From NCBI GenBank assembly GCA_963693365.1, contig CAVNZM010000011.1, positions 7,615,937 through 7,679,936 of the forward strand: 64,000 nucleotides of DNA, given 5' to 3'. The notes under the pieces were generated by a model. The model was not told the DNA's origin. It saw nothing but the letters and a program-made list of their open reading frames with translations, and did no database searches. This document shows, in pieces, positions 20,063 through 31,232 of the stretch. The stretch's first letter is position 1. Each line of letters starts with the position of its first letter. Origin of the DNA: Amoebidium appalachense (Eukaryota; Protista; Ichthyosporea). Position numbers and translations under genes: made by a program.

Positions 20063-21421
20063 ATGTCGCATGCGCGCTCCCGCATCCTTGACGACATGGC
20101 GTCCCACATCGATTTCTCGGCAGCCGTGGCGCGCCGGGCAGCGTTCCCGCACGGGCCAGCCCTGCCCTCGGCCCCCCGCAGCGTGTCGGTGCCGAGCGAG
20201 GCGCCCCCGCGTGTCGAGCCCCCGCAGCCGCCGCAGGGCCAGTGGCGCTACCACTTCGTGACGGGCGGGTCCGAGTGCCGGCCGCTGCAGGTGGAGTTTC
20301 CCGCCACCCAGTCCGTGCACGGCATCCGTGTTGAGGGCATCAAGGCGCACAGCGTGTACGACGTGTGCGAGGGCGCCAACAAGCTCACGCTGTCGCTGTC
20401 GTACCTGGACTCGCCCGACGGCCGGCCCCCAGGCATGTGGGTGAAGGCGTCCACCGACGTGTACCTGCCTGTGGGCAACTACACCCTGGACACCCTGTGC
20501 GCCGAACTCGAGATGCGTCTGGACGCCGCCATCGCCGCATGCTTCAACCCCAGCTACAGCCCCGAGGAGGTGGCGGACATTTTGGAGATGTACCCGGACA
20601 CGCTGCCCTACTACGCCAGCGTCACACACACGGAGCGGTTGCGCCGGGACGCCGAGCGCAACGGCGAGGCGTGGACCAGGCACCAGGACTTTGTGTGCAA
20701 GACGCGGTGGGCGCCACGCCGGCAGGGCCCGCGCGACGAGATCGCATTCGAGGCGCTGATGCTCGCGCAGCTGTACTACAGGGAGAACGCATGGGCGTGG
20801 CGTGAGCTGGCCAACGAGCGTGACACCCACGGGCGCATCCAGTGGCCGTTCCACAACACGCTGTACAACCTCATGACGCCCTCGAAGCTCGCGCTGCCCG
20901 GGCGACTGGTCATCAGCATCCACCACCGCAAGAACATGGACCCGGACACCATGAAGCACTGGCTGCCGTATGCGTCGGTGCCGACGTTCTCGCTTGACGT
21001 GTGCCGGGGGCTCGGGAGCGTGCTGGGAATGGCGGCCGGCGCGCACGTCAGCCACAGCCTGACAGCGGGGCTGCCTCCGCTGGCCCGCTACTTCGACGGG
21101 CGAGACCATGCGGCCGTGGAGGAGGGCGACCAGCAGCTGCCGTGCCAGGGCGACAACATCCAGTGCGTGTTTGGGACGGATGCACCCCTGGGCCCGCGGG
21201 GGGCGCTCATGGTGCACGTCATGCAGGGCGAGACGAACCTGCAGGGGCGCATCATGGCGCCGGGCGTGCAGGGGGCGGCGGGCGGGGCGGTGGACGACAT
21301 GCTGGCGAGCCCGCAGATCTTGGGGACGCTGGACCACGTCGACACGCTGCGGCTGGTGGTGGTGGACGAGACCGGGACAAGGGTGAGCGGGTGCTTCTCG
21401 GCGCTGGTCGCGGTTAAATAA
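20063..21421 (+). CDS. Second penton/minor capsid-like protein
   Basis: VHGIRVEGI...YDVCEGANKLTL...LPVGNYTLDTLCAEL and C-terminal VDTLRLVVVDETG; same architecture as 1698..4325. Confidence 0.6.
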   Translation: MSHARSRILDDMASHIDFSAAVARRAAFPHGPALPSAPRSVSVPSEAPPRVEPPQPPQGQWRYHFVTGGSECRPLQVEFPATQSVHGIRVEGIKAHSVYDVCEGANKLTLSLSYLDSPDGRPPGMWVKASTDVYLPVGNYTLDTLCAELEMRLDAAIAACFNPSYSPEEVADILEMYPDTLPYYASVTHTERLRRDAERNGEAWTRHQDFVCKTRWAPRRQGPRDEIAFEALMLAQLYYRENAWAWRELANERDTHGRIQWPFHNTLYNLMTPSKLALPGRLVISIHHRKNMDPDTMKHWLPYASVPTFSLDVCRGLGSVLGMAAGAHVSHSLTAGLPPLARYFDGRDHAAVEEGDQQLPCQGDNIQCVFGTDAPLGPRGALMVHVMQGETNLQGRIMAPGVQGAAGGAVDDMLASPQILGTLDHVDTLRLVVVDETGTRVSGCFSALVAVK

Positions 21422-21448
21422 AAGAGACTCCCAGATAATTCCTGACCT

Positions 21449-21964
21449 CTACCCGCCCATAGCCGCCCTGTCAGCGGGGCGTTCAACCTGTGGGAACCTA
21501 GGCACGAACGAGAAGGACTCGAATGTCGCGTACGCCGCACGGCGCGCCACAGCCATGCCGCAGTGACGCGCGCGCTCCTGGAACTGCTGGTAGCGGTCGG
21601 TGTACTGGGGATCGGACGACGTCTCCATGAGGAACACGCCAAACCTGTCCTCCTCCTCGTCACCGAAGAAGATGATGTTGACGACGACGGGGACCCCCTC
21701 GAGCCGCCCGACCATGAGCCAGTTGTAGTGCCCCCTCCCATGGATCATCCAGGGCTCCCGCGCCTGTGCGCTTTCGATCAAGAACAGAAACGACTCCTGC
21801 CCGGACAACACATCCTCGCACGGCAGTGTCAGCTGCAAGTAGAATGTGTTCGGCTGGCCCAGCCGTGGTATCATTTCGGCCAAATCCGAGCCGCCGTCGA
21901 TAAACACCTCGTGGTCGTAATCCGCGTCCCATCCCCATGTGGCCTGTGAAGTCCCGGTTCCCAT
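21449..21964 (-). CDS. Hypothetical protein, possible N-myristoylation (MGTGTS)
   Basis: ATG at 21964 within the longer ORF; protein-like composition from this point. Confidence 0.6.
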   Translation of the reverse strand: MGTGTSQATWGWDADYDHEVFIDGGSDLAEMIPRLGQPNTFYLQLTLPCEDVLSGQESFLFLIESAQAREPWMIHGRGHYNWLMVGRLEGVPVVVNIIFFGDEEEDRFGVFLMETSSDPQYTDRYQQFQERARHCGMAVARRAAYATFESFSFVPRFPQVERPADRAAMGG

Positions 21965-22042
21965 GCCTGTGCCAACAATATTCTTGTAAACGAGTTGGGC
22001 AGGGAAGCATAAAAGGGAATCCCCCAACCCCCCACCCTCACA

Positions 22043-22643
22043 ATGCGTGTGGCCGCCATCGACATCGGCTTCCTGAACCTGGTGGTGTGCGTGCTCAGCA
22101 CGACCGACGACCCCGCCACGCCCTTCATCATCCACACGTGGGACCGCTGGCTCGTGGGCAACCCGGACACCACGGCCACGGTGCTGGTGGAGCTGCTGCT
22201 GCGCCGGCTGCACGAGGACCGCGCGCTGTTCGCGGACGTCGACATGGTCGTCATCGAGCGCCAGATGGTCACCAAGCTGAGCGTGCTGGCGCACGCGCTG
22301 CAGGCGTACTTCCTCACCCTCAGATTGACCAATGGCCACGGGCCCGGCGTGGTGCTGCAGCACGGCACGCGCAAGAACCAGTGCGGGGCGTGGCTCGCCC
22401 GCCACGGAATGGCTCCTGCGGAGACGGGCAAGGCGGCGTATGCGGTGTACAAGCGGCGTGCGGTGGTCGACACGCAGCAAGCGCTCAAGCTGCAGAGTGA
22501 GCAGGGGTGGCGGGACAAGTTTGGGCGGGAGGGCAAGAAGGACGACATGGCGGATGCGCTGCTGCACGGTCTGTGGTACCTGTTCTGTCGGAATCAGAAG
22601 GGGGGGGGTCACGCTGAAAGAAGGCAGACAGTGTTCAAAATAA
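22043..22643 (+). CDS. RuvC-like Holliday junction resolvase (poxvirus A22-like)
   Basis: AIDIGFLNL, VVIERQ and KKDDMADALL catalytic motifs. The called ORF reads to 22888 into the convergent gene, so the true end is probably ~22.6 kb after a G-run. Confidence 0.85.
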
Positions 22644-22662
22644 AGGTGGCAATCGCCCCTGC

Positions 22663-24180
22663 TCATGCGAGCACACTTGCATTCGGAGTTGTCGCTGCTG
22701 CTTTCGCGATGTCTTCCACAAGCCGCTCTCCATCCCTGCGCCTCGGCAGTCCTGCGGCTTCAAGCTCGGCATCGGTCAACACGACCGTTTTCTTGGTTAT
22801 TACCTCTCTTATTACCTGTGTGTACCGTGGGTCATCAAGATTCGGCTGCACCACATTTATCTCTCCTCCATGCATCTTAGCCCAGTAGAGTTCGGTCAGT
22901 TGCTTCCCGTACAGGGACAGCACGGCCCCGATTTTGTAGACTGCCCGGAATCCTCTGTCCACCTTCTCAAGCTTTGTCGTTATATGATTGCAGACCCGTT
23001 CCCCAATGGTGTTTCCATTGCCCGGTTGGGAACCCCAGTCGAAGCTTGACGTGCGCAGGAGTATGTAGACCATCAACCAGGAGGCACATGCCGAGTCGTG
23101 TATTTCGTTTCTATCGACAAGTCCCTCATACAAAACCCTCCTAAAACTTGTCTGAAGGCTCTTACATACAGATTCGTGTTGGTAGGTGCGCAGAACTTTC
23201 GAGCTTCCAGTGTAACCGGCCCCCTCAAGGAACATACAGAGGGCGTCAGCGATTAGCCCTGCCGGGGCAGACATGTTAAAGCACTCGACCACCTTGACTT
23301 GCGAATCGATAATGACAACAGAAGCATGCTCTGGGCTCGACACATGCATTATATAGTAGCGCTCACGTTCTTGGCTTTTCAGCCATGAAGAGAGGTTCGA
23401 CACGAATGCTTTCGGGCATCTGAAACCCCACTTTCCTGCTGACACCTTCCAAGTGGACATTTTACCATTGTCCGTCACAACACTGAGTGCTGGTGTGGAC
23501 TTGGGGACAGCATCACTATTATGCTCTATTTTGAGGGATGTGCCAGGGGAAAAACGAACAGATTTTGGCAGATAGGTTTGCAGCAGTACGAAGGTGTTGT
23601 CCCGAGACCTGGCGCCACACCCTGCCACAGCCGGTGAGGCTTCAACGGAGCCAACCCCAATCAGCTCGGTCAGTGACTTCTGAAGATCAACGAGACCGTT
23701 GTACCAGTCAAATAGAAGTGGCCACGTTTTTTGTATGTCCTCCATCATGTCCGAGGGCGTAGGTCTTCCAGGGACAATAGCCTGTTTGTACTTTTCGGCC
23801 ACGTAGGGAGCACACTTCACCACAATCGACCCGAAACGGTGCTTCCGCTGGTCCACGAGAAACCGGCTTTTTGAATCATACCTTACAGCAAACTTGTATT
23901 CCGTACCAGCTGTTTGACGCATACAAATAAACAACAATCTGTAGCCACCCAGCCCTGCTTCAAAAACCAGAGATGTAACACAGGTCAGACAGACTGGTTC
24001 GACATCATTTTGAGTGCTCCACAAGTTGATGGAGAGACAGACGTCCCCCATAGCCCACTTGTATGTCTGGGTGTTGCGGGGTTTCAGATGTGCGTCTTCC
24101 AACTTGAAATGTTGGGTATTGCGTTTGACAAACTTGAAGAAGCAGTAGGGCTTTACCGACAATGTCTGTGTTGAAGCCAT
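22663..24180 (-). CDS. Clan-CE-like (Ulp1/adenain-order) cysteine protease
   Basis: EHASVVIID...VECFN...SLQ...SACASW gives His-acid/Asn-Gln-Cys order; intact paralogue of 16333..17840. Confidence 0.7.
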   Translation of the reverse strand: MASTQTLSVKPYCFFKFVKRNTQHFKLEDAHLKPRNTQTYKWAMGDVCLSINLWSTQNDVEPVCLTCVTSLVFEAGLGGYRLLFICMRQTAGTEYKFAVRYDSKSRFLVDQRKHRFGSIVVKCAPYVAEKYKQAIVPGRPTPSDMMEDIQKTWPLLFDWYNGLVDLQKSLTELIGVGSVEASPAVAGCGARSRDNTFVLLQTYLPKSVRFSPGTSLKIEHNSDAVPKSTPALSVVTDNGKMSTWKVSAGKWGFRCPKAFVSNLSSWLKSQERERYYIMHVSSPEHASVVIIDSQVKVVECFNMSAPAGLIADALCMFLEGAGYTGSSKVLRTYQHESVCKSLQTSFRRVLYEGLVDRNEIHDSACASWLMVYILLRTSSFDWGSQPGNGNTIGERVCNHITTKLEKVDRGFRAVYKIGAVLSLYGKQLTELYWAKMHGGEINVVQPNLDDPRYTQVIREVITKKTVVLTDAELEAAGLPRRRDGERLVEDIAKAAATTPNASVLA

Positions 24181-24302
24181 CTACACAACAGCCGAATTTT
24201 TCGACATATGGGTGGTTCCCTGGGACAGTTTCGGATGGGTTCCCGCGCGGGGTGGGGGGGGGGGGATTGCGTCCATTCTGTGACCGATATATGCAAAAGA
24301 GT

Positions 24303-24714
24303 TTATATCCCTGCTGCACCGATGCCAGCAGGCTTGACGCAGCAGAAGTCCGGCGCGCACGGCATCGACGTGGCCCTGCGCCGCTTGCACCGCAGCACCC
24401 CGCCGGTCTTGGGGTCCGGTCGGTAGAGGTTGCAGCCCACAAACTGGTTGCACGGCACGAGCGACGGATTCTGCGGCACCACCGTGCGGCACAGCCACCC
24501 GCACCCCACCCCCGGCACCGGCACCTGCGAGCACACGGGCGCTGCGGTGGCCGTCTGCGCAACGAGCCGTGTGCATCTGGATGGTTGGGTGAGGGTGGGC
24601 GTCGGGGGTGGTTGGCGCCGGCGTCGGGGGGGCCGTCACGGTCACGTAGCTGGCGGCGGCGGCGGCGGCGGCTTGTGCAAGTAGGGCAACGAGCACGTAC
24701 ATTACCGTGTGCAT
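24303..24714 (-). pseudogene. Secreted Cys-rich protein with a frameshift in a C-run near 24605
   Basis: Signal peptide and TP-rich stalk in one frame; Cys-rich domain (CGWLC...CNQFVGC...FCC) in the adjacent frame. Confidence 0.5.
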
Positions 24715-24813
24715 GGATAATAGTTGTGGGCGCAGGGGTGTTCTTGTTTGTTGGGGGGTGGGGGGCGGGAGGTCCCAGAGCTGGTTGTGTTCTATTTATT
24801 GGGGCCTGCACAT

Positions 24814-25567
24814 ATGAACTGGCCGGTGGAAAAGAGGGTGCTGTCCAACCCGGGGGACCTGCAAGCCTTTGTCGACGACCCAACGTGGTTTCATCCCCGC
24901 CCAGCCGGGCATTGCGGGTGGGGTCCAGACCCGAGCACTGGGTGTAGTCCGCATCGTCTACCCGCAGCCGCCCGAGCCCACGGACGAATTCGGCAACATT
25001 CGCAGGGGCAGAATGTCGGTGCTGACTGCCCCACTCAGGTTTGTGTGCAAGCACACGCACTTCATCGATGCCTGGTATGACCCTCCACGCGTGATGGATG
25101 ATGGCCGCGCGACGGGCTTCTGGGAGTTTGCAATTGATGCGGGGCATGACTGGGTCGATGACAGGCGGCTCATGGTCACGTACAGCGCTGCACTGAATGC
25201 CTTTCAGTGGATGATGGTCTTTGACCTGGATATCCAGCCGCCGGATTGGGCAGATATCATGCCCTCCTACACGGAGACCCCCACCTTGATCTTCGAGCGC
25301 CCGCTCCCCGGTGCCCCCACACTCGCACAAACAGCGGCCACTGGGCTCATCCGAAACCAGGCCGCCGTCGTGCCTGCCCCGCCCTACACGCGCGACCGCC
25401 TCTGGATCCACAGGAACTTATGGCGCGGGCTGGCGCACGTGCTGCCCGATGAGGCCATCGAGGCCGTGCTGGGCTTCGGCAACACGCTCTACGGGCTGCT
25501 CGGCACCACCCCCGGCGGCAGTGCGCACATGGGCACCACCGAGTGGCCCATCGACTACGGCGACTGA
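24814..25567 (+). CDS. Hypothetical protein, probable 5' frameshift
   Basis: 232-aa coding-like frame lacks a nearby ATG; ATG 24814 (MNWPVEKR) is in another frame. Confidence 0.5.
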
Positions 25568-25707
25568 GGCCCTGCGCAGGGGGCTGGTGGTGCCACCACC
25601 AGGGTGGGGGGGTGAGGGGGGGGGGGGGGGGGGGGGAGGGGTGACCTTTTTATGGTTCGCTGTTCTCACTTTATTGATGCTGGTTGGTGTGCCTCGGCCA
25701 CTATACG

Positions 25708-26619
25708 CTACACAACGTGCTTCGCCAGGAAGCTCACAGGGTACAGCTTGACCGTGCGCACGTCCCCGTTGACCACCATCTGCGTCGTCTCGGGCTCGCA
25801 CCCCCATCTCGTCACGCCAGGCCTTGCTGACCATGCGGCCGAGCGCAGAGACGGACTTGCACTTGATGCCACGGTCGACCACGAACTTCCCTACCGTGAC
25901 ATAGTCGGAGAGGGTGGTGCCTTCGATGGCTCGCAGACCCTGGTTGGGGAGCAGCATGTTGGAGACCGAGTCGTTGACGAGCTGACGCATGCGCGGATCA
26001 CGGTCGAGCCCCAGGCGCTCAAGCAGCGCCTCGTACTGGACGAGGTTGTCCATAGCCATCTTCTGGTTCTCCCTCTCGAGACGCGTGATCTCCGCCTCCT
26101 CCCGGCGCAGACGCAGCCTCCGCTCCTCCTCCAGCTCCTCGCGGCGGCGCTTGCGGTCAGGGGTCTCGTCCGTGCCGTTGCGGAAGAACTCGCGCTCCTC
26201 GGGGGTGCTGTTGTCAAAGCGGGCCTCGATCTCCTCGATGAGAAGCAAATCGCCAGAGAGGAGGCGCGCCATGTACTGGGCAGAAGTCTTACGGAAATCA
26301 TGAGCGCGCTTGCCGGGGAGCAGGTAGATGATCTCGAGGAGGGTGCGGAAGGGAGCAACATCTGTCTCCAGACCCTTGCCGTTGATTTTCAGACCGTAAG
26401 CCGCGCTTACGGTTTCACTTACGGATGGATTAGAGCTGTCTCTGAGAGATTTCCATGCCATGCGGGCTGCTTCACGGTTTCCGAGCACAAGAGCGATGAC
26501 ATCCAAAACACTTGCATTCTTGGTTTTGTTGTCAATTCGCACAATGGTGCCCTTGAACTGGGGCAACTCCTTCCAAAGAAACGACATGTCCGCCTTTATT
26601 TGTTCTGCTCGCCAGCCAT
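25708..26619 (-). pseudogene. Frameshifted paralogue of the 12281..13213 Bro-N-like gene
   Basis: Near-identical core (PEEREFFRNGTDETPDRKRRREELEEERRL). Disrupted after MAGEQNK and at a G-run near 25802; the restored end VKLYPVSFLAKHVV* matches the paralogue. Confidence 0.8.
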
Positions 26620-26730
26620 GCTGTGTCAGACTGACCCCAGGTGGCCGTGTGTGCTCCTTTTATACCTGCGCGTGGCACCCTCAGTCGTGCTGAGGATAGG
26701 TTGGTGCTTACCCATTGAAATGTCTTGGGG

Positions 26731-27916
26731 CTACTGTGCTTGCTCCTGGCTGGCTTTCTTGAACACGCTGATGACGAGGTCCCTTGTCAAGTCGTCCTCC
26801 ATGTGCTCCCTCGCCATCTCCAGCATGGAAGCAGCAAAAGTCACAAAGTCCACACGGAACAGCTCGCGCTCAACGTTCTTGTGTTTAAGCGCGGTGTGCA
26901 GACATTTCTCTGCAAGCGCCAGCTGCTCGGACGGCACGGGAAGCGCAAAGAGCAGGCGCTTGTTGGGCCCCACATGCCACGTACCGGCCTGCTTCATGCG
27001 GCCCTTCACGTCCTTCAGGCTCTGGCCGATCTTCAGACAGGGCGGGTCGCCATACTCGGACACAAACACGTAGATACCGGACTGCTGCTTGGTGCACACG
27101 TGGTTGGTGACCCGGCGCAGCTCATCACTGGCATCCTCGAATTCCGATGGAATGTGGTCCTGCTTGAGATTGTCTGTGGTCTGAAGTTCCAGAAGCCGAC
27201 ACTGCACCTCGAGTTTCAGGCGCTCCTCCCGGATCACACTTGCCCGCTTGTCACACAGAGCGCCTTCCTCGCGCATCATCATGATCTCCGTGTACTGAGC
27301 AGATTCGGCGATGCGCGCCTCCTTGTACAGACTCAGTGCAGTTTCCATCTCGGCCTGGTTGGTCATGAACTGGGTGATGTCTCCGAGCTTCAGTCTCTTG
27401 GGCTCCCTCTCGGGGGTGCCGGCGGCATCCATTTCTGCCCGCACACTGTCACGCATGAAAGCGTTGGGTCCTGACGGGTTGGCCGCTGCCGTGGCACGGT
27501 TGCGCTCGATGTCCTCCACGAGAGTTTCGTCTCCACCTTCCAGGCGCGCTATGTCTCGGGCCCACTTGTCGATGATCGCGGAACCATAGCGGGACCCAGA
27601 TGCGATCTTGAAGGTCAACTTGACCAATGAAGTTGCAGGAACACCAAGGAGAGGCTTTTCCCCCAGTACCAAAGTGGCAATCACTCATTTTGAGTGAGTG
27701 TTTGAGTGATTGATCTTCAAAGATACGACGCAGATAGTTACCTGCTGCATTCCTGTCCAAACCACGCACCAGCATTGTGTAGTCCACGAGACTCGCCATC
27801 TTCACACCATCAACCTCACACACTCGAATGACATGGTTGCCTATGCAAATTGTGTCGCCTTTTTTAGCGGCGACCTCGTTTCCGGTCAAGACAAGATTGG
27901 TGTGTTCGAGATCCAT
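26731..27916 (-). pseudogene. Bro-N-like + coiled coil + T5orf172 (GIY-YIG-like) nuclease, one frameshift near 27660
   Basis: Own promoter and ATG at 27916. GIYVF...LKIGQS...RMKQ...AEKCLH...RELFRVD is the T5orf172 signature; the frame breaks at GGGGGAAAAG. Confidence 0.75.
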
Positions 27917-27989
27917 GCTTTGCGAGACTGAGGTATTGTGGTGTGTGTTGGGTCCTTTTATACCTTCTGTTTGACTTCCAGGACTGGAA

Positions 27990-28372
27990 TTTACTTTGTT
28001 GGACATCAGGCGCTTGATAAAATTGATACTGCTCATGCGAACATGGTGCGCGCGCTTGCCGGGAAGAAGTAAGATGATCTCGATGAGGGTGCGGACGGGG
28101 GCAACGGGGGTAAGTTTGCCAGTGCCATTGATCCGGACTTGGGGACACAGAGTCCCCATCTTTTCCTCAAGTTGTTTGTAGTCTTCGGACAACTGGATTC
28201 GCTGCCACGACTTCTTGGCCGCTTCGTTGCTCTCCAAGATCAGCTGCAGAACATCGAGGACACTTGCCATCTTGGTGTCTTGGTCGATGCGAACAGTAGC
28301 ATCCTTGAACTGGGGGAACTCCCTCCACAGAAGCGACATGTCCACCTTTGAGTTGGTCTGTCCGGTAGCCAT
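27990..28372 (-). CDS. Truncated Bro-N-like gene reading in frame into the next gene
   Basis: MATGQTNSKVDMSLLWREFPQFK...INGTGKLTPVAP...LLPGKRA. Homology ends ~27.99 kb and the ORF continues through the downstream promoter. Confidence 0.65.
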
Positions 28373-28549
28373 CCTGTGTCAGACTGACCCCAGTTGGCTG
28401 TGTGTGCGCCTTTTATACCTGCGCGTGGCGCCCTCGGTCGTGCTGGGGGCAGGTTGGTGAGCATGCTTGACTTGAAAGAACTTGAGGGATCGCCAAATCT
28501 CAAAAGCTTTTGATTTCTTCTTCGTACTGCGGCCCTGCGCGGGGGCGTG

Positions 28550-28765
28550 GGGGGCTGGGAGGGGCTGGGAGGGGCTGGGGGTGGCTGGGGGTGCCTCGTC
28601 TGCCTCGCATGCCACGCATGCCGCGCGCGCAGAACGGCTGTGTGCGCCGTGTGCGCGTGTGCCCGTGTGCCCGTGTGCCTCGCACGCCTCGCGCGCAGAA
28701 CGTGTTCGTGCTTCCTCTATTGTTCCTCGTGTGCCCCCCACAGCCACCCCCAGCCACCCAGGGCC
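28550..28765. repeat. GC-rich dispersed repeat with inverted ends; partial copies at 29790-29910 and 30450-30540
   Basis: Shared gtgttcgtgcttcct.tattgttcctcgtgtgcccc..cagccacccccagccacc block and its inverted gggctgggggtggctggg arm. Confidence 0.75.
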
Positions 28766-28827
28766 CGGTGGGGGGGGGGGATCTCCTCTTTGTTTGAGTG
28801 GTCGTGTCATTTTATGCATATTATGAA

Positions 28828-29700
28828 ATGCATGGCGCAGACCCGCATACACAAAAGTTGTTCAAAAGTACTCGCGTGCGGATGGTCAGAGGGACTTTGC
28901 GCGCTTGTGCGCTGGACCCCACCACCCCTCCGAAAAGGATCACCAACTACGCAAAGCAGAGTCGGCCTGAAGGCGGCGAAGGGGGATACACCCCGTCCCA
29001 GTTCTATGACTGTTTGCGCACCAGGGAGGGAGAGCAGCCTGCTCAAGGCACAGGCCAGAAATCCAGGCCGTCACATCCAAAATGCAGCCTCCATAAACTT
29101 TGGCGCGCCTGGTCAGTTCAAGCCTGCTGTTGTCAAGCAGCTCTACTCCACCTACTGTCTCAAGGGACGCGTCCTCGACCCATGCAGGGGTGGGGCAACC
29201 GTCTGCTGGCAGCCCTGGCCAGCCCACACGTCCACACTACTACGGTGTCGACAGCAACGTCGACATGGCAGGTGCCTACCGGGATCTGCTGGCAGCAACA
29301 ACACCGCAGGCAAGCGCGGGGCACAAGCGCCCACGTGGATACAAAGTGGGCCCCGTTCGAGGCCGCGGCCGTGCACGGCAAGTTCGACTGCGCCTTCACG
29401 AGTCCACCATACTACAAAATAGAGTGCACGCAAACATGCCAGCCACTGCGACTACGAAGACTGGTGGGCCAGGTCACATCCCCATGCTTGAAAAGGTCGT
29501 GGCGCAGGACGCGGATGGCTTTGTCCTCATCAACATACGCCAGAGCATCACCGAAAGGAGGATGTGCAGGCACATGGCAGGCCTGGGCTGGCCCCTGTAC
29601 ACCAAACACCGCATGCCCATAGCCGTCCGGCCCGGCTCAGGGGTTGCTGGTAGGCTGGACACGAGCCCATCTACGTGTTCAGGAGAAAGGGTGCCGTGTC
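28828..29700 (+). pseudogene. Amino (N4-C/N6-A) DNA methyltransferase, multiply frameshifted
   Basis: Motifs spread over three frames: QFKPAVVKQLY, VLDPC-GWGNRLLAA (motif I), YYGVDSN, FDCAFTSPPYY (motif IV). Confidence 0.85.
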
Positions 29701-29928
29701 AACTCCAGCCCGCCACACGACCAAATAAAGTCGTGATCTCAAGAGAAAAGCCGCCCTGCGAGGCGCTGGCGCGGCTGGCGGGTACCTTGTGTGGTGTGTG
29801 CGTGTGCCCGTGTGCCTCGCCTGCCTCGCGCCGGGTGTGTTCGTGCTTCCTTTATTGTTCCTCGTGTGCCCCCCACAGCCCCCCACAGCCACCCCCAGCC
29901 ACCCGCGCCCCGGGGAGGTGTCACGCCA

Positions 29929-30342
29929 TCAACGCCCGGACTTCCGAGCCTCTGGCGCAGCGGCGGGTGCCGTGTGCACGGGTGGGGGGGCACTGTGGGG
30001 CCCAACCGGAAACAGCCCGTACAGGATGTCCTCCTCGCACGTCACCATGATCTCGTGCTTGTCCATGATCCTCATGGCGTGCGCGATGGTTTCGGCGGGC
30101 ACGGGCGGGCCGTGGTTGAACAGGTGCACGCGCATCTCCTTGTCGGGGTGGAAGTGGTGGTTCGCCAGCACGTTCGCCATGGCGGTCTTCCAGTCGGCCA
30201 GCTGCTCGACCTGGACGATCTGGTGGTCCGTCAGCACGTCGATGCGCCCGACCTTGGTGAGCGTGTCCTCGACGCCTTCCAGCCGGTCGGCCAGCTCGTA
30301 TACGACCATGTTCCGTGCAAACTCAAGCTCGGTGTCCGTCAT
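29929..30342 (-). CDS. Degenerate PD-(D/E)XK nuclease paralogue
   Basis: TKVGRIDVLTDHQIVQVEQLADWKTAMANV...VHLF; the catalytic ExK is altered. Confidence 0.65.
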   Translation of the reverse strand: MTDTELEFARNMVVYELADRLEGVEDTLTKVGRIDVLTDHQIVQVEQLADWKTAMANVLANHHFHPDKEMRVHLFNHGPPVPAETIAHAMRIMDKHEIMVTCEEDILYGLFPVGPHSAPPPVHTAPAAAPEARKSGR

Positions 30343-30563
30343 CACATACCGCACACATAAAATTCGCGTGCCGCCCCAACCGGGTTACCCATTGACAATC
30401 ACACATCGCACTTTCGACCTTGTGTGTGCGCCCGACAATGTTGCGGCGCGTGGGGGGCTGGGGGTGGCTGGGCGGGGCTGGGGGCGCGGGTGCCTCGCGT
30501 GCCTCGCGTGCCTCGCGCGCGGGGTGGGTGTGTGTGCGTTTGTGTGTTTCTTCTCGCACAACA

Positions 30564-31232
30564 CTAATTTGCCATGATCTTGCTATACTCTATCTTGTGG
30601 GCACGGGTGTGTCTGCCAGGTTTTCCTATAGAGACACGCTCTCCTGCGGGAACAAACGACGACCCGCCCAAAACCCGTGTCAGCACCGTTCCCAGTCTCT
30701 TGATCCCCACCTCGCAATCGTCCAACATATTTATGTCAGCCCATTGTCGCATGCAACCGGCCAACCCCGATGTCGTAACCCAGGTTCCATTCTCGATACC
30801 AAAGCTGTGTGTTCCGCGTGCGCCTGTCGCTATGTCCTTTAGAAAGTGTATTTCGTTCGACTCCTGTGCCCTCTCCGTTGGTTTTGTCCGGGTTGTGCAG
30901 ATGCCCCCGTGACACCCCCAAATTAGCCGCAGAGTGTCGGGCTCCACAGTCACAAACACCCCAAGTGACTCCATGGTCTCAACGGCAATCCTATAAACCT
31001 CGATGGATGCGTAACCAAACAGGTGCACACGAGCCTGTCGACCAGGGTAGAAGCGTTGGTACGCCTGCACCTGTCCAAGCGCCGCCTTCCACTGCGCCAC
31101 ACGCTTGACCTCGATGACCTGCGTGTTCGTGAGCAGGTCGATCCGACCGGCTGGCGTTAGCACCTCGCACTGTCCGCCCTCTGTCTGGGCCAGTCGATCC
31201 GTTACCCATGCCTCGTCGTATGTTGTCATCAT
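30564..31232 (-). CDS. PD-(D/E)XK nuclease-domain protein
   Basis: EVLTPAGRIDLLTNTQVIEVKRVAQWKAALGQVQAY, the nuclease domain often fused to KilA-N in large DNA viruses. Confidence 0.75.
   Translation of the reverse strand: MMTTYDEAWVTDRLAQTEGGQCEVLTPAGRIDLLTNTQVIEVKRVAQWKAALGQVQAYQRFYPGRQARVHLFGYASIEVYRIAVETMESLGVFVTVEPDTLRLIWGCHGGICTTRTKPTERAQESNEIHFLKDIATGARGTHSFGIENGTWVTTSGLAGCMRQWADINMLDDCEVGIKRLGTVLTRVLGGSSFVPAGERVSIGKPGRHTRAHKIEYSKIMAN

Noticed and set aside
22643-22888. C-terminal extension of the resolvase
   Set aside because: It overlaps the convergent protease gene and follows a G-run, so it is probably frameshift read-through.
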